A stretch of 64,000 nucleotides of DNA. It comes from Hormiphora californensis. Lineage: Eukaryota; Animalia; Ctenophora. Positions 53,279 through 64,000 of the stretch are shown piece by piece. The notes under the pieces were generated by a model. That model did no database searches. It saw only the letters and a program-made list of their open reading frames with translations, and was not told where the DNA came from. The stretch spans positions 1,178,001 to 1,242,000 of the forward strand of contig CM035350.1 of NCBI GenBank assembly GCA_020137815.1, given 5' to 3'. The translations under genes were made by a program, and so were the position numbers. The first letter of the stretch is position 1, and each line of letters starts with the position of its first letter.

Positions 53279-54462
53279 CCTGTCCCAGTACACCACTCTC
53301 ATATTGTCTAATAACCACACATAATATATGACTTCTGTAAGGTGATCCCTCCTCACTCTGATCGGAGGAGGGACACTCATTCAGTTCGGCCACCTGCCCC
53401 TCACCGCATACCCGAGCCTTCTTTCATCATCTCAGAATAATGACCTGATCGAGTTTTTTGCATAGTATTTGAAACTATAAATGCTGCAATAGTTTGGTAA
53501 CAAAGCTTCACCGGGGCCGAACACGGAAGGAGCCATGGGGTGTTGTGTTTACCTTCGACCCTCTCCCTTACAAGTTTCTGCAATATAGTTTCCTACTTGC
53601 TTGTGTGTAGGCGATCATTGTTCATCCTATCTTCTATTAGTATATCATAGTAGGGGGAGCCTTCAGCACCCTTCATCTGGAGCGTGAGAACTGAGCTTAT
53701 GACCTTATGTTTTCAAATAACTTTTAACACCCCTGCTTTGCGAGATTCATGATAATCTGACTAAATTTGTTACAGCTCTGCACCTATAATATTGCCGCAT
53801 CACCATGATCCCCAATCCCATTCAGCTGCGACGGACCCTAAACCTATAATGTCTCAGCATTCAGTTACACACCAGCTAAACACCTAGCTACACACTCTCC
53901 TGCAGGATACCCTCTCAGTAGTGAGACCCTAATACTGTGACACCCTGTAATGCACATAACCTCAGTATTCGATTTATTAAGTTGTTTGGCCCGTATTTAG
54001 TGTATTATACCTGGCGACATATGCTGCACTTTTATACAGTAAACAGACTCCTCCTGCCGCAGATAATATTATACCAGCTCCAAATGGATAGGATGCCGAC
54101 ATCCCATGTTGTGTGGAGATGTCTGCAACAACACTGCAACATGCTGGTCATTACACAGTCATTACATATGTCACTGTCTCACATCGCAATATCCCCATTA
54201 TATGTCTTTGACCTTTGTCAGTGTCTCACATTGCGGTCATTACATATGTCTTTGTCGCCCTTGCAAATTGATGCCTTGCCTTGCTCGACAGTCGACCCTG
54301 TATTACCTCGCCTCGCCACGCATTATCTTTTTTGAAAATTAAAAAGGGTTTGAACAAAACAAAGGTTGCCGACACCCCATGCGAAGATGTCTGCAGCAGC
54401 AACACTGATCTATCATGTTGTATTAGGTATGTTGTATTAGCTCTCCATGGGGGTTCATCTTA

Positions 54463-54999
54463 GGGCCTTTCTTAACGAGCTGCACCCTGCAATTGCACCC
54501 TGCAACTGCACCCTGCAATTGCACCCTACAAACTTCTTTCTTAACGAGAGTTTGCACCCTGCAATTGCACCCTGCAATTGCACCCTGCAAACCTTCGTTA
54601 AGAAAGAAAGTTGTAGGGTGCAATTGCATGCTTCACACGTGACCCAGTCACGTGCCATGTTGATGTGGTAATGCTGTGTGTATCAATGCCAATAGGTGAT
54701 GATAAACAATGCCCCGTAAACCGGGTTTCATGTTTCACTACCCCTCAACTTCCCACGTTCATTGCGCACGTGACTGGGTCACGTGTAAAGGGTGCAATTG
54801 CACCCTACAAGAACCTTTCTTAACGAGAGTTGTAGGGTGCAATTGTAGGGTGCAATTGCAGGGTGTAATAGGTCCTCCTGTTACACCCCTACAGGGTGCA
54901 AAGACCTTTCTTAACGAGACAGAAAGTGGATTGCACCCTGCAATTGCAGGGTGCAATTGCAGGGTGCAATTGTAGTTTTTGTCTCGTTAAGAAAGGCCC
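54463..54999. mobile_element. PIF/Harbinger (Tourist-like) MITE, 537 bp
   Basis: 17-bp TIR gggcctttcttaacgag / ctcgttaagaaaggccc; TTA TSD at 54460-54462 and 55000-55002; internal 13-bp tgcaccctgcaat arrays in both orientations. Confidence 0.88.
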
Positions 55000-55981
55000 T
55001 TACAACACGCGGTCATGTCGTGATTCAAACAATGTCTTTGTCCCGCTTTACGTCCCGAAATCCGTGCGTCGTAAATTTTTTCACCCCTACCTTTGTTTCA
55101 ATACACAACGGGGCGACCGGAGCTAAGAGCATGATGACACACAGACTGGGAGGGAAGTCCTTGCCACCAACCTTTGTCTTTTTCCCCCGCTTTGTCAGTA
55201 TATCTTGTCAGATGAATCACGCCTCTGTCTCTGCAGCAGTGATCTTCTTCTTCGTGACTTGTTCCCCGCTCAGTGCTCCAGCATTATATGGCTATATGGC
55301 CCCTATAGATGATTACTAGGTTGTAGGACCTGTGTTGAATATTTTATCCACATAATATTCTCATATTCAATCCTCCCCCTCTCTCTCACGATGAACATAT
55401 AATCCTTACCTCTCAGGCCCCCCGCTCTCTCTGTCTAGATCTTTCTATCTCTCTAGATCTTTCTATCTTTGATTTATATAGCTAATGCCGCCAAGAATAA
55501 ATCTGAAACTTGTCCAAAACTCCTGGCCTAGGGTTGCCGTTCACTGTGCATCCATTGTTTTATATTTTAGAACTGAATCGTAACGTTGTAAGGATCCCAT
55601 GATGATGATCCAAAAAAAAGGATCCCATGATGTAGTTTATATGGTCCCTACCTCTCAGATGAAGCTTGAGATCAATCATATGATATTCAAATATAATATA
55701 GCGCCTTAACTATTTCGGGGCAATTTAATTCTATGCGGGAGGCTAGGAGGGCGCATAATGCAATTATTTTGTTACAAGATTTATAGCTCATCTCACCTCT
55801 ATCACATATACAGGCTCCTGTAATACTGGTCACCTCAATTGTTTAGTTTCGATTTAAATTTGGAAAGAGTTTCATGTGGCATTATCCATGTCTCATGTTA
55901 CCAATAGCTCCTCCAGCCGGCACCTCTATCACATATTTTAGGGGTTACATGCTCCTGGGCACCTCAATTGTTTCAGTTTAA

Positions 55982-57394
55982 CCCTTTGAGGACCACAGGC
56001 CATATATGACCCAGTTTACTAAAGACTGATTTCCCAGCTTCAGGATTAACTTTTGAGCCCAAACAAAAGCCTAAACAATAGTTTAGACATTTCTCTACCT
56101 AAAAATCCAAGTTTCATGCGCAATCATTGATGTTTAGGTTTAGATAATTGGGTCCAAATGATGTTCATTTTGGTCATTTTTTAATTTTTGATGCCATTTC
56201 TAAACGCCTCCTACGAATTTTCTATAATTTTAAACACTTTAGAAGAAGACCAACTAGAACTGCAAGAAAAAAGCCGCATCAAAAAATATGAAAAATTGAC
56301 TGAGCTATAGCGATTTCAAAATTTGGGTCAAATATGACCCAGTGGTACTTATATGGTACAAAAAGGTCGGAGACGTCCTGTGTGAGCTATACTGTTATCA
56401 GGGACATAAAAACCGGCTTATTGGTGTACTAGAGGCATGACTAAACTGTTACAACCGGAATTTTGCTTCGCACACGGTTATTTTCACATATGTGGGTCAT
56501 ATATGACCCAGTGGGTCGTTTAGGGAAAAATTCAATGATATTGCTAAAAACTACTGAGTTTTCCCATAATACCTAATTTGAATGGTTATACAATCACTAT
56601 ATTATAGTAAATTAATAAATAATGATAACTTTGAAATGCATATTTTGTGTTGAAATAGCGAAACTCAGTAGTTTTCGACAATATCATTGAAATTTTCCCA
56701 AACGACCCACTGGGTCATATATGACCCACATCAGTAAAAAAACCGTCTGAGAAGTAACATTCCGGTAGTAACAGTGTAGTCGTGCCTCTGGTACACCCAT
56801 TAGGTACGAATAGACTGCTACAACCGGAATATTACGTCGCAGACGGTTTTTTCACTGATTTGGGTCATATATGACCCAATGGGTCGTTTGGGAAAATTTC
56901 AATGATATTGTCGAAAACTACTGAGTTTCGCTATTTCAACACAAAATATGCATTTCAAAGTTATCATTATTTATTAATATACTATAATATAGTGATTGTA
57001 TAACCATTCAAATAAGGTATTATGGGAAAACTCAGTAGTTTTTAGCAATATCATTGAATTTTTCCCTAAACGACCCACTGGGTCATATATGACCCACATA
57101 TGTGAAAATAACCGTGTGCGAAGCAAAATTCCGGTTGTAACAGCGAAGTCGTGCCTATAGTACACCAATAAGCCGGTTTTTATGTCCCTGATAACATTAT
57201 AGCTCACACAGGACGTCTCTAACCCTTTTGTACCATATAAGTACCACTGGGTCATATATGACCCATGTCATAACACAAAAAGTAAAAACCCGATTTCAGT
57301 AAACCTTTTTCGTATAATCTTAGAATATTCTCCTTACCAATTCCACAAAAAATTAGAAAATTCTGTTTGGCCAATCGTTATGGTCCTCAAAGGG
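55982..57394. mobile_element. Non-autonomous piggyBac element (1413 bp) with a 942-bp internal palindrome
   Basis: TTAA TSDs at 55978-55981 and 57395-57398; 14-bp TIR ccctttgaggacca / tggtcctcaaaggg; no transposase ORF. Confidence 0.92.
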
Positions 57395-57730
57395 TTAATA
57401 AACTGGGACAATGTTTTATATGATCTTCTTTTGTTTATGCAGGACTGTTCCTCTCTAATTGTTACATGGCCTGAATATATCCTCTCAGTGTCCCTATCAT
57501 CATGCAGGCCTTATAATATTCGCCGCTCAGTCTCTCGTTCTATATAGCTGTGTAGAAATCAAGTCATCATCGCCCCGGTGACACGGATCGCTCTGTGTAG
57601 TATTTGGTATCTGATCGTTAGTCTTTCATTGCAGCTTTATTTTCTAACAGAGTGTTTTATTACCCCCTTCAGTTATGTAACGTGTATTATTACCCCTTTT
57701 AGTTATGTAACGTGATATTAATTTAACTAC

Positions 57731-60700
57731 ATGACTTCAACGGATGACAAAAGGCGATTGTACACCCTTTTGCTCACCAACCCAACCCGAGCTCAGCTCC
57801 GGGCCGTCCTCCCATCCCTTGATGTCCAGCCACACCTAACAGAGCTCACCGCTGCCGGGGCTCTCATGGTGGTGGGTGGGAAATGCATCCTGTCGGAGTC
57901 TGGAAAGGTCCTGGTTGCAGAGTTTCTAGGAGGAGGAGGGGTGACGACTAGTGAATCCAGGATGGATGATGGGACAAGAGTGGTTCGTCAGACCCGGGTT
58001 TCAACAACCAGATCTTCCTCTTCATCTGATCAACAGGCGCCCCTATCCTACTCCATAGGGAGCACGGGGCAAAGGGAACGTATGGTTACCAGGTTCCATA
58101 GTGATGATGGTGAACCCCCTGAGAAGAGGGCCCTTCTCCGGACTGGATCCCTGGACTCAGAACCAGGCTCCCCTGGATCTCCAATGTCCCCCAGACTTGC
58201 CCTGCCTGATTTCTCCCAGTTCGCTCTGAAGCCTAACCAGACCATCCGGTTTACAGTGGGAACATTAGGCGACCAGGGTACCCTCATCTGCACCTGTGCT
58301 CACGAGGAGAGTGGGGAGCCCCTGAAGGTGGAGATAACAAGACCTGATACCCGACCCGGTTATACCATTTCCATTACCCCAACCCAATCTGGAAGCCACC
58401 TTCTCCACTTTACTATTGGAGGTAAAAGGGTACACGCCAGTCCCTTCACCTTCATGGTAGAAAAACTGGTGGGATCTGAAGCGTGCTCCTTTATCAAACA
58501 AGGTGGTCAACATTTCACCCTCTCTAACGGAGCCCTGCTCTTCAAGATTGATATCTCCGAGGCTGGTCCTGGATCTCTTACCGCTGTCATGACAACACCC
58601 CAGGGAGAGCTGTACACACTTCCTGTTTCTAATCCCCTCCTCGGGATCGCGTCCTTTTCTTTCAAACCCCTTCTGAACGGAGTCCACGTGCTCCGGGTCC
58701 ACTTCAACGACGCTGAAATCCCGGAATGTCCCCGTGAGATTAACATCAGTGGTTTCCGTGGTCCTGCTACTGTCCCCTCAGTTCGATTCCCTGACATATC
58801 CTCCATGAAAGTGTCCCCTAACCAGAGCCTGAAGCTGCCAATTCAGGTGCTGGAGGAGCACATGTCCAGTTTCACTGTGAGCTGCCACCACGTGGAATTG
58901 GACAGGGAGGTCCCTGTCACGGTGGAGAGAGATGAGAAACAGACCCTGGTGTCATTTGCACCTGGTAACGGAGGTAACTACAAGCTGAACTTCATGGTGG
59001 GAGGGGAACACGCTCCAAAGAGCCCCATGTGCTTTGTGGTAAGTGGAACCATATTCGACCACCAGTTCTCCTTTGCACTCTTTGATAGTGGCCACCTGTT
59101 CAACTTCCAGGAGGGTGACATTGAGTTTCAGGTGAAAAACAACCTCCCCGAGCGTCCCTATCTGCTGGCGGGTAGCGTAAAACCCCCTAAGGGCGAGTCT
59201 GTTGACCTGGTGTCCAGAGTTGCAGACACCCCCGATACTGTCATCTTCAACTACACTCCAGTGGAGGTTGGATCTCACGAGTTCAGTGTGAGTAACAATG
59301 ACCGACCCCTCAAGGACAGTCCCCGGGTCGTTAAAATAACAGGGATCAGGGAGAAGCGACCACCACTTCCCAAGCTCCGATCCGAGATCAGTATCAAGGA
59401 TCAGAAGAGCGTTGTGCTGAGTTACGATCTGACGGGGGTGAGTCCCTTGCCTCCCTCTGTTGAGTGCACTGCCCCAGATGGGACCCCCTGTTTGGTTGAG
59501 GTAGAGTTAACCAACACAGACATGGAGGTTATCATCACCCCCACACTCCCCGGCAAGTACATGTTCGATCCTATGAAATGGGGCAGCTACAGGATATCTT
59601 CTGTCGCTCTCACCATAGCGTTCACTTCATCTGGGGCTCTAACATGTGCTGCAGAGACACCCCGGACACCCACTACAGACACCCTAGCATTCCCTGCTCT
59701 AGAGGGTCGACCCTCCGTCCAGGGGTCCACCATATTCCTCAAGTTCCTCCTGGACTCAACCTGTAAGTTTGTGGTGCTGTGTGTGGGACCTGATAGAAAG
59801 CAGGTCAGTGTGAACTCCAAGAGAGAGGGAGATACGGTCCTTGTAGAGTTCACGCCCCAAGCTCCGGGGTTGTATTGTTTTGATTTCCTGGTAAACAATC
59901 AACCTGTAACTGGTGGACCCCTGCTGGTCAAGGTGGTCTTCCTATCCCCCGGTGTCGTGATCTACTACCTGGAGCAGAGCAAGGTACCCCTCCCCAAACT
60001 AATGAAGAACTCTCTGAAAGTGGAGGGCAGGAAGGTATCACTCTCATTTGATACATCCGGGGCTAAAGCCTGCCTAAACCGTTTCGTATCCTGTATAGGT
60101 CCCGGACCATCAGGACTACCCCATTGAGTTCGAACCACGACCCTGATACATCCCTTCTAAAGATAGGGATTGAACCTAAGAAAGCCAGGCCGGTACACCT
60201 TTAACCAGATCCTGTGGGGCTACCACTGATCTCCCTAGTTCTCCCATAGTACTAAATGTTATCTTCTCGGGCAACCTAATAGATGTCAGAGTTACATTCT
60301 GGACAGAGGGACCCACTGCCAGAGGACCTTCCCTTCCCAGTCCATGACTAAAAAGCCTCTTGTCAGTGCCAATGTTATCACCCTCTTCCTCACCTCACCC
60401 CACTCTCACCGTCTCGCGGTGAGGTGTCTCATGGTAAGGACAGACAGGTGCCAGGTACAGTTGAAGAACAGAGGTGGGGATCAACTGGAGGTGAGTCTGA
60501 AACCAGATCAACCGGGACAGTATCGTCTAGGATATCATCCACAAGGGACAACCAGTCCAGGGAGGACCCATTGTTATCAATGTAGAGTTTAGGGGAACCC
60601 AGATGAGCTTTGATATCGAGCATAGTGCCATGGTTCCCGAGGCTCCAGAACCCGTGGAACCACCAACATTCAAGGAGGTCTCTGTGGTGCCCCCCAAAAC

Positions 60701-63700
60701 AATCAAGCTCAAGTTTGAGAACCACAAGAATCCGGGAATTTCCTTTATCGGTCTGGACCGAGAGGGAACTACTGTTGAGCTAGTTGAAGAGAAAACTGGA
60801 GACGATACTTTCTTGACTTTCCCAGTGTCCCACCCTGGTGTTTATGTGGTGAATCCAGTATACCAGGGTCACTTGCTGGGTAATCCAGTTGTACTTCACG
60901 TTACTTTCGTTGGTCAGCGACTCCTTCACTTTGTCCCATCTGCAATACCGGTTGAGGAGCTACCCGTTTTCCGGAACCCACCCCAGATTCAATTTGCCAA
61001 GGAAGTGGTGCTCATTTTCGATTTGCCACGAGGGGCAGCAAAACAACACTTTGAGGCCCACTGTCTCGATTCAATAAACAACCGTGTACCAACTAAACTA
61101 GTGGAATGTCAGAATGAGCTTAGGATCATCTTTGAGCCTCGGTTCCCAGGAGGTGACTACACCGTCTCCCTAACCAAGGATCGGGTGAACCTCCTTGCAA
61201 CTCTGACATGTAAGGTGACATTCGCCCAGCGGAAATTGGCTCTATTCATCCTGGAAATGCCAACATTTTCCCTTCCTAAGTTTGAGATGCCAAGATCACC
61301 GTCCAATAATGCCAACTTTAGAATTTCCTTTTCTTGCCCACCCGAAGATAGTGCCCTGAAGCCACTCTCACCGGGTCAGTACTACGTGGTTGAAAATACC
61401 ATTGTTCGGCTGCTAGTCATGTTTAGGTCAATTGAGATTCCTAAAGCCCGGGTGGAGGTTATTGGACCAGATTCCCAGCAAGTTCCAGCGGAACTAAAAC
61501 CAGTTGAAGGACAGAGAAACTGCCGAGAGATATCCTTCAAACCCACCACATACGGTACCTACAAGATCACTGCATTCTTTGGGCAGGCCCCACTCAAAGG
61601 CTTCCCAGTATCTCTTGCCATGTCCGAGCCTGATAGTGATAAGGAACGGGAGGTTGTCGTTGCTCCTGAGCAAGAACTGGTTCTGAATGTTCCTGCTTAC
61701 AATATCAGAAAACTGGCGTGTAACAGCAAGAATCTGGATACCCGTGAGACTGACAAGGTGCAAATTAAACCCGGTGACCTGGGTGGGACAGCTACCATTG
61801 CTATTGTGCCCCGGGGCCTGGGTCTTCATGAGGCCAAGATTACCCTAGATGATATTGAGATCTCTGGTTCACCCCTCCGTTTCTTGGTTGAGAGGTGTGA
61901 CAGGCCAGTTGAGCCCAGAGTGGTTGTCCCTGTTGGAATGTCCCATGCCCGATCCACTGGGGAGCTGAGTAGTATCATGCCCCATGGGGAGCCTGGTGAG
62001 ATTCCAGTGCTGATGAGCTCCAGTGATAACGAGGACCCACAGAGTGATAATGAGAACAACATGGAATCCAATCTACCCGAGAAGAACTATCCTAAGAAAC
62101 GTGTATCTGGTCTGGGCCTGAAGCGGCCCTCCGATCAGGATGACCACGGGGACAGTAAGCGGATGGTAAGTCCCACTTCAACGAGCACCCCAAAGACACC
62201 TAAAATGAAGCCCCTGTCTGGTTTGGACGGGAAGAGTCGGGTGATATGGGTATTGCAGAAGATGATAGTTTTGTGTTCACCCCGGTGCAGATGAAGAAAC
62301 CTCTGGAACACATGCTGTTACCTGGCCCTCCCCGGGAGCTAATTGCCGCTGATGCAGCTCCTGTTACAGCTCCTGTTGCGTGTGAGGAGGAGGACTTGGG
62401 GATGGAAGAGGAGGACTTGGTAATGGAAGAGGAAGACTTGGAAGATGATGACCTACCTGAAGTTGCCATGGGTGTGATGGAAGCAGTAGAGAGTGCACCT
62501 CCATTCGGCCTCACTGAAGAGGAAGAAGTCACCGAGGAAGAAGAATCTGATCCGTTTGAAGAGGAAGATTACATGGAGGAAGATTTAATAGAGGAAGATG
62601 ATCTTCCTGAGGTTGACGTCCATGAAAACAAGCCTGTGATGAGCATGCCAAAGTATGATGATGACGACGAGAAGCCCCAGATGGCGGGCCTGGAAGCTCC
62701 TGGACAGCCTGTAGGTGCCCCCGATGACTTGTACCTAGACTCAGCCAGTTCAGAGGGAGAAGTAGAGGGAGATATAACCAATGTCAGCTCAATTAGACCG
62801 GAGCCAAGTGATGACAGTGAAGATGATTTCGAGCATATTGAGTACTCTCAGCTCACTTCGACCGCCAAGTCTTTTGAGCCTTCTGAACCAAAAGCTCCCA
62901 CTTCAGTCCAGATTGCCACTCCTATTGGACTTGTCCCAGTCAAAATACCAGCTGAACCGGCACCTCGACCAGAAGATATAGAAAGTTCTGCTTCTGTTCA
63001 GTCGGATTCCGACTCTGGGGTGGACGGCACTGGTGAGCGGAGGCCAAAGAAGACTAAAAAGGCGAAACAACGAGGTCTCATCAGGATTGACCCGAAAGGA
63101 GTGTTGGTGGGGCCTACTAATGATGTTATTCTAGGTCCGAACAGGGAGAGTCTAACAGTGACATTTAACCGGGATGGCCTTCCAAAAACCAACCTGAAGG
63201 ACCAGATGGTGGATAAGAAGGGGAACCCCTTGAAGGGACCTGATGGATATCCCATCCGACCAGGTCAGGGGGCATATGGACCCAGAGTTAATGCCGATGG
63301 GAGGGTCTTCCGACCTTACGGCTCTGTCGTTGTCGACAAGAATGACAATGAAATTCGTGTTGGTTTCAACAAACAAGACCGAGTGTTGACTAACAGGTTT
63401 GGGCAGCTCCGAGGGCCCAACAAGAAGCTCCTATATGATGAGAACATGGAGCCCGTGATGTGCAGTGAGAACCCCTTCACCGGTCCTGATGGGAGTGTCT
63501 ACAAGGCAGATGGAACACCCTGCCATGAGTTCCACTCGAACCAACCACTGTATGTCAAACTGAAGCAGGACAAAACCCCGCGAGTAGACCAGTACGGTGA
63601 ACTGGTTTGTCCAAAGAAGAAGCCCTTGAAAGACGATACTGGTCGCTCCTTGGTCCCTGGAAACCTGCCCTACGTCAGCAAGAGTGGCCGGATAATGCTT

Positions 63701-64000
63701 CCTGATGGAAGTAGGCTAAAAGACGATAAAGGAAAGTCGAGGAGAGCAGGTAGGGCCCCCGATGGCAGGCCTATGATGGACAGTAACAACTGTGTCCTGG
63801 ACTCAGATGGCAAGAATGTCCCTGGAAAGGACGGAAAACCTGTACCCATCATGCCCACTGCAGGTGACAGTATTCCCAAACCCACGCCACCACCTAGACC
63901 AAAGAAGGGGAAGCAACAACCCTGGCAGCCCACCCCTAAACCCGTGGTTAAACCAGTAGAACCAGTTGTTGCACTTCCCTCCTTGGAGGTCCACGAGGAC
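57731..64000 (+). CDS. Giant intronless coding block: winged-helix-like N-terminus, ~12-13 filamin-type Ig repeats, acidic/Pro-rich linker, DxxG beta-hairpin repeats; open at the window end
   Basis: ORFs 57731-60127 and 60603-62294 plus a frame open from ~62235 to 64000, joined by short frameshifts (~60110-60300, ~60535, ~62232). Filamin motifs DISEAGPGSLTA, YTISITPTQSGSH..ASPF, NYTPVEVGSHEFSV..KDSP, SFKPTTYGTYKITAFFG..KGFP, EISGSPLRF. Confidence 0.85.

Noticed and set aside
53342-53345. Terminal plakin exon (aag|G TGA giving an immediate stop)
   Set aside because: Weak acceptor and no other support; noted only as a possible short-isoform end.
60110-62240. Programmed frameshifting or pseudogenisation of the filamin-repeat block and plakin exons
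   Set aside because: Similar 1-bp indels, often at short homopolymers, occur across unrelated genes (17149, ~40112, ~40560), which points to sequencing error; not excluded without accurate reads.

Overview
Eukaryotic (animal-like) genomic DNA with short GT-AG introns and abundant (CT)n/(GA)n microsatellites; no prokaryotic features and no CRISPR array. From 5' to 3': an MFSD6-like MFS transporter (+); NME5 (NDK plus Dpy-30 domain, -); two tandem SVOP-like MFS transporters (+); and a nested TE cluster (a hairpin-bearing element carrying a 5'-truncated CR1-group LINE, and a tRNA-derived SINE split by a full-length L2-like LINE). A large plakin/spectraplakin gene (+, CH1-CH2, spectrin repeats, plakin SH3) follows, with several candidate alternative first exons and an intron carrying a Helentron-like element with a 5 x ~475 bp array. 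After Harbinger and piggyBac MITEs comes a >6.2 kb intronless coding block running off the window: a winged-helix-like N-terminus, ~12-13 filamin-type Ig repeats, an acidic linker and DxxG beta-hairpin repeats. This block sits where spectraplakins carry their giant plectin-repeat exon, and the last plakin exon before it has no stop codon, so a plakin-filamin chimera is the best novelty candidate. The assembly appears to contain uncorrected long-read indels (single-base frameshifts in conserved exons; a corrupted tract at ~30.0-33.2 kb). Exon models were read by eye.
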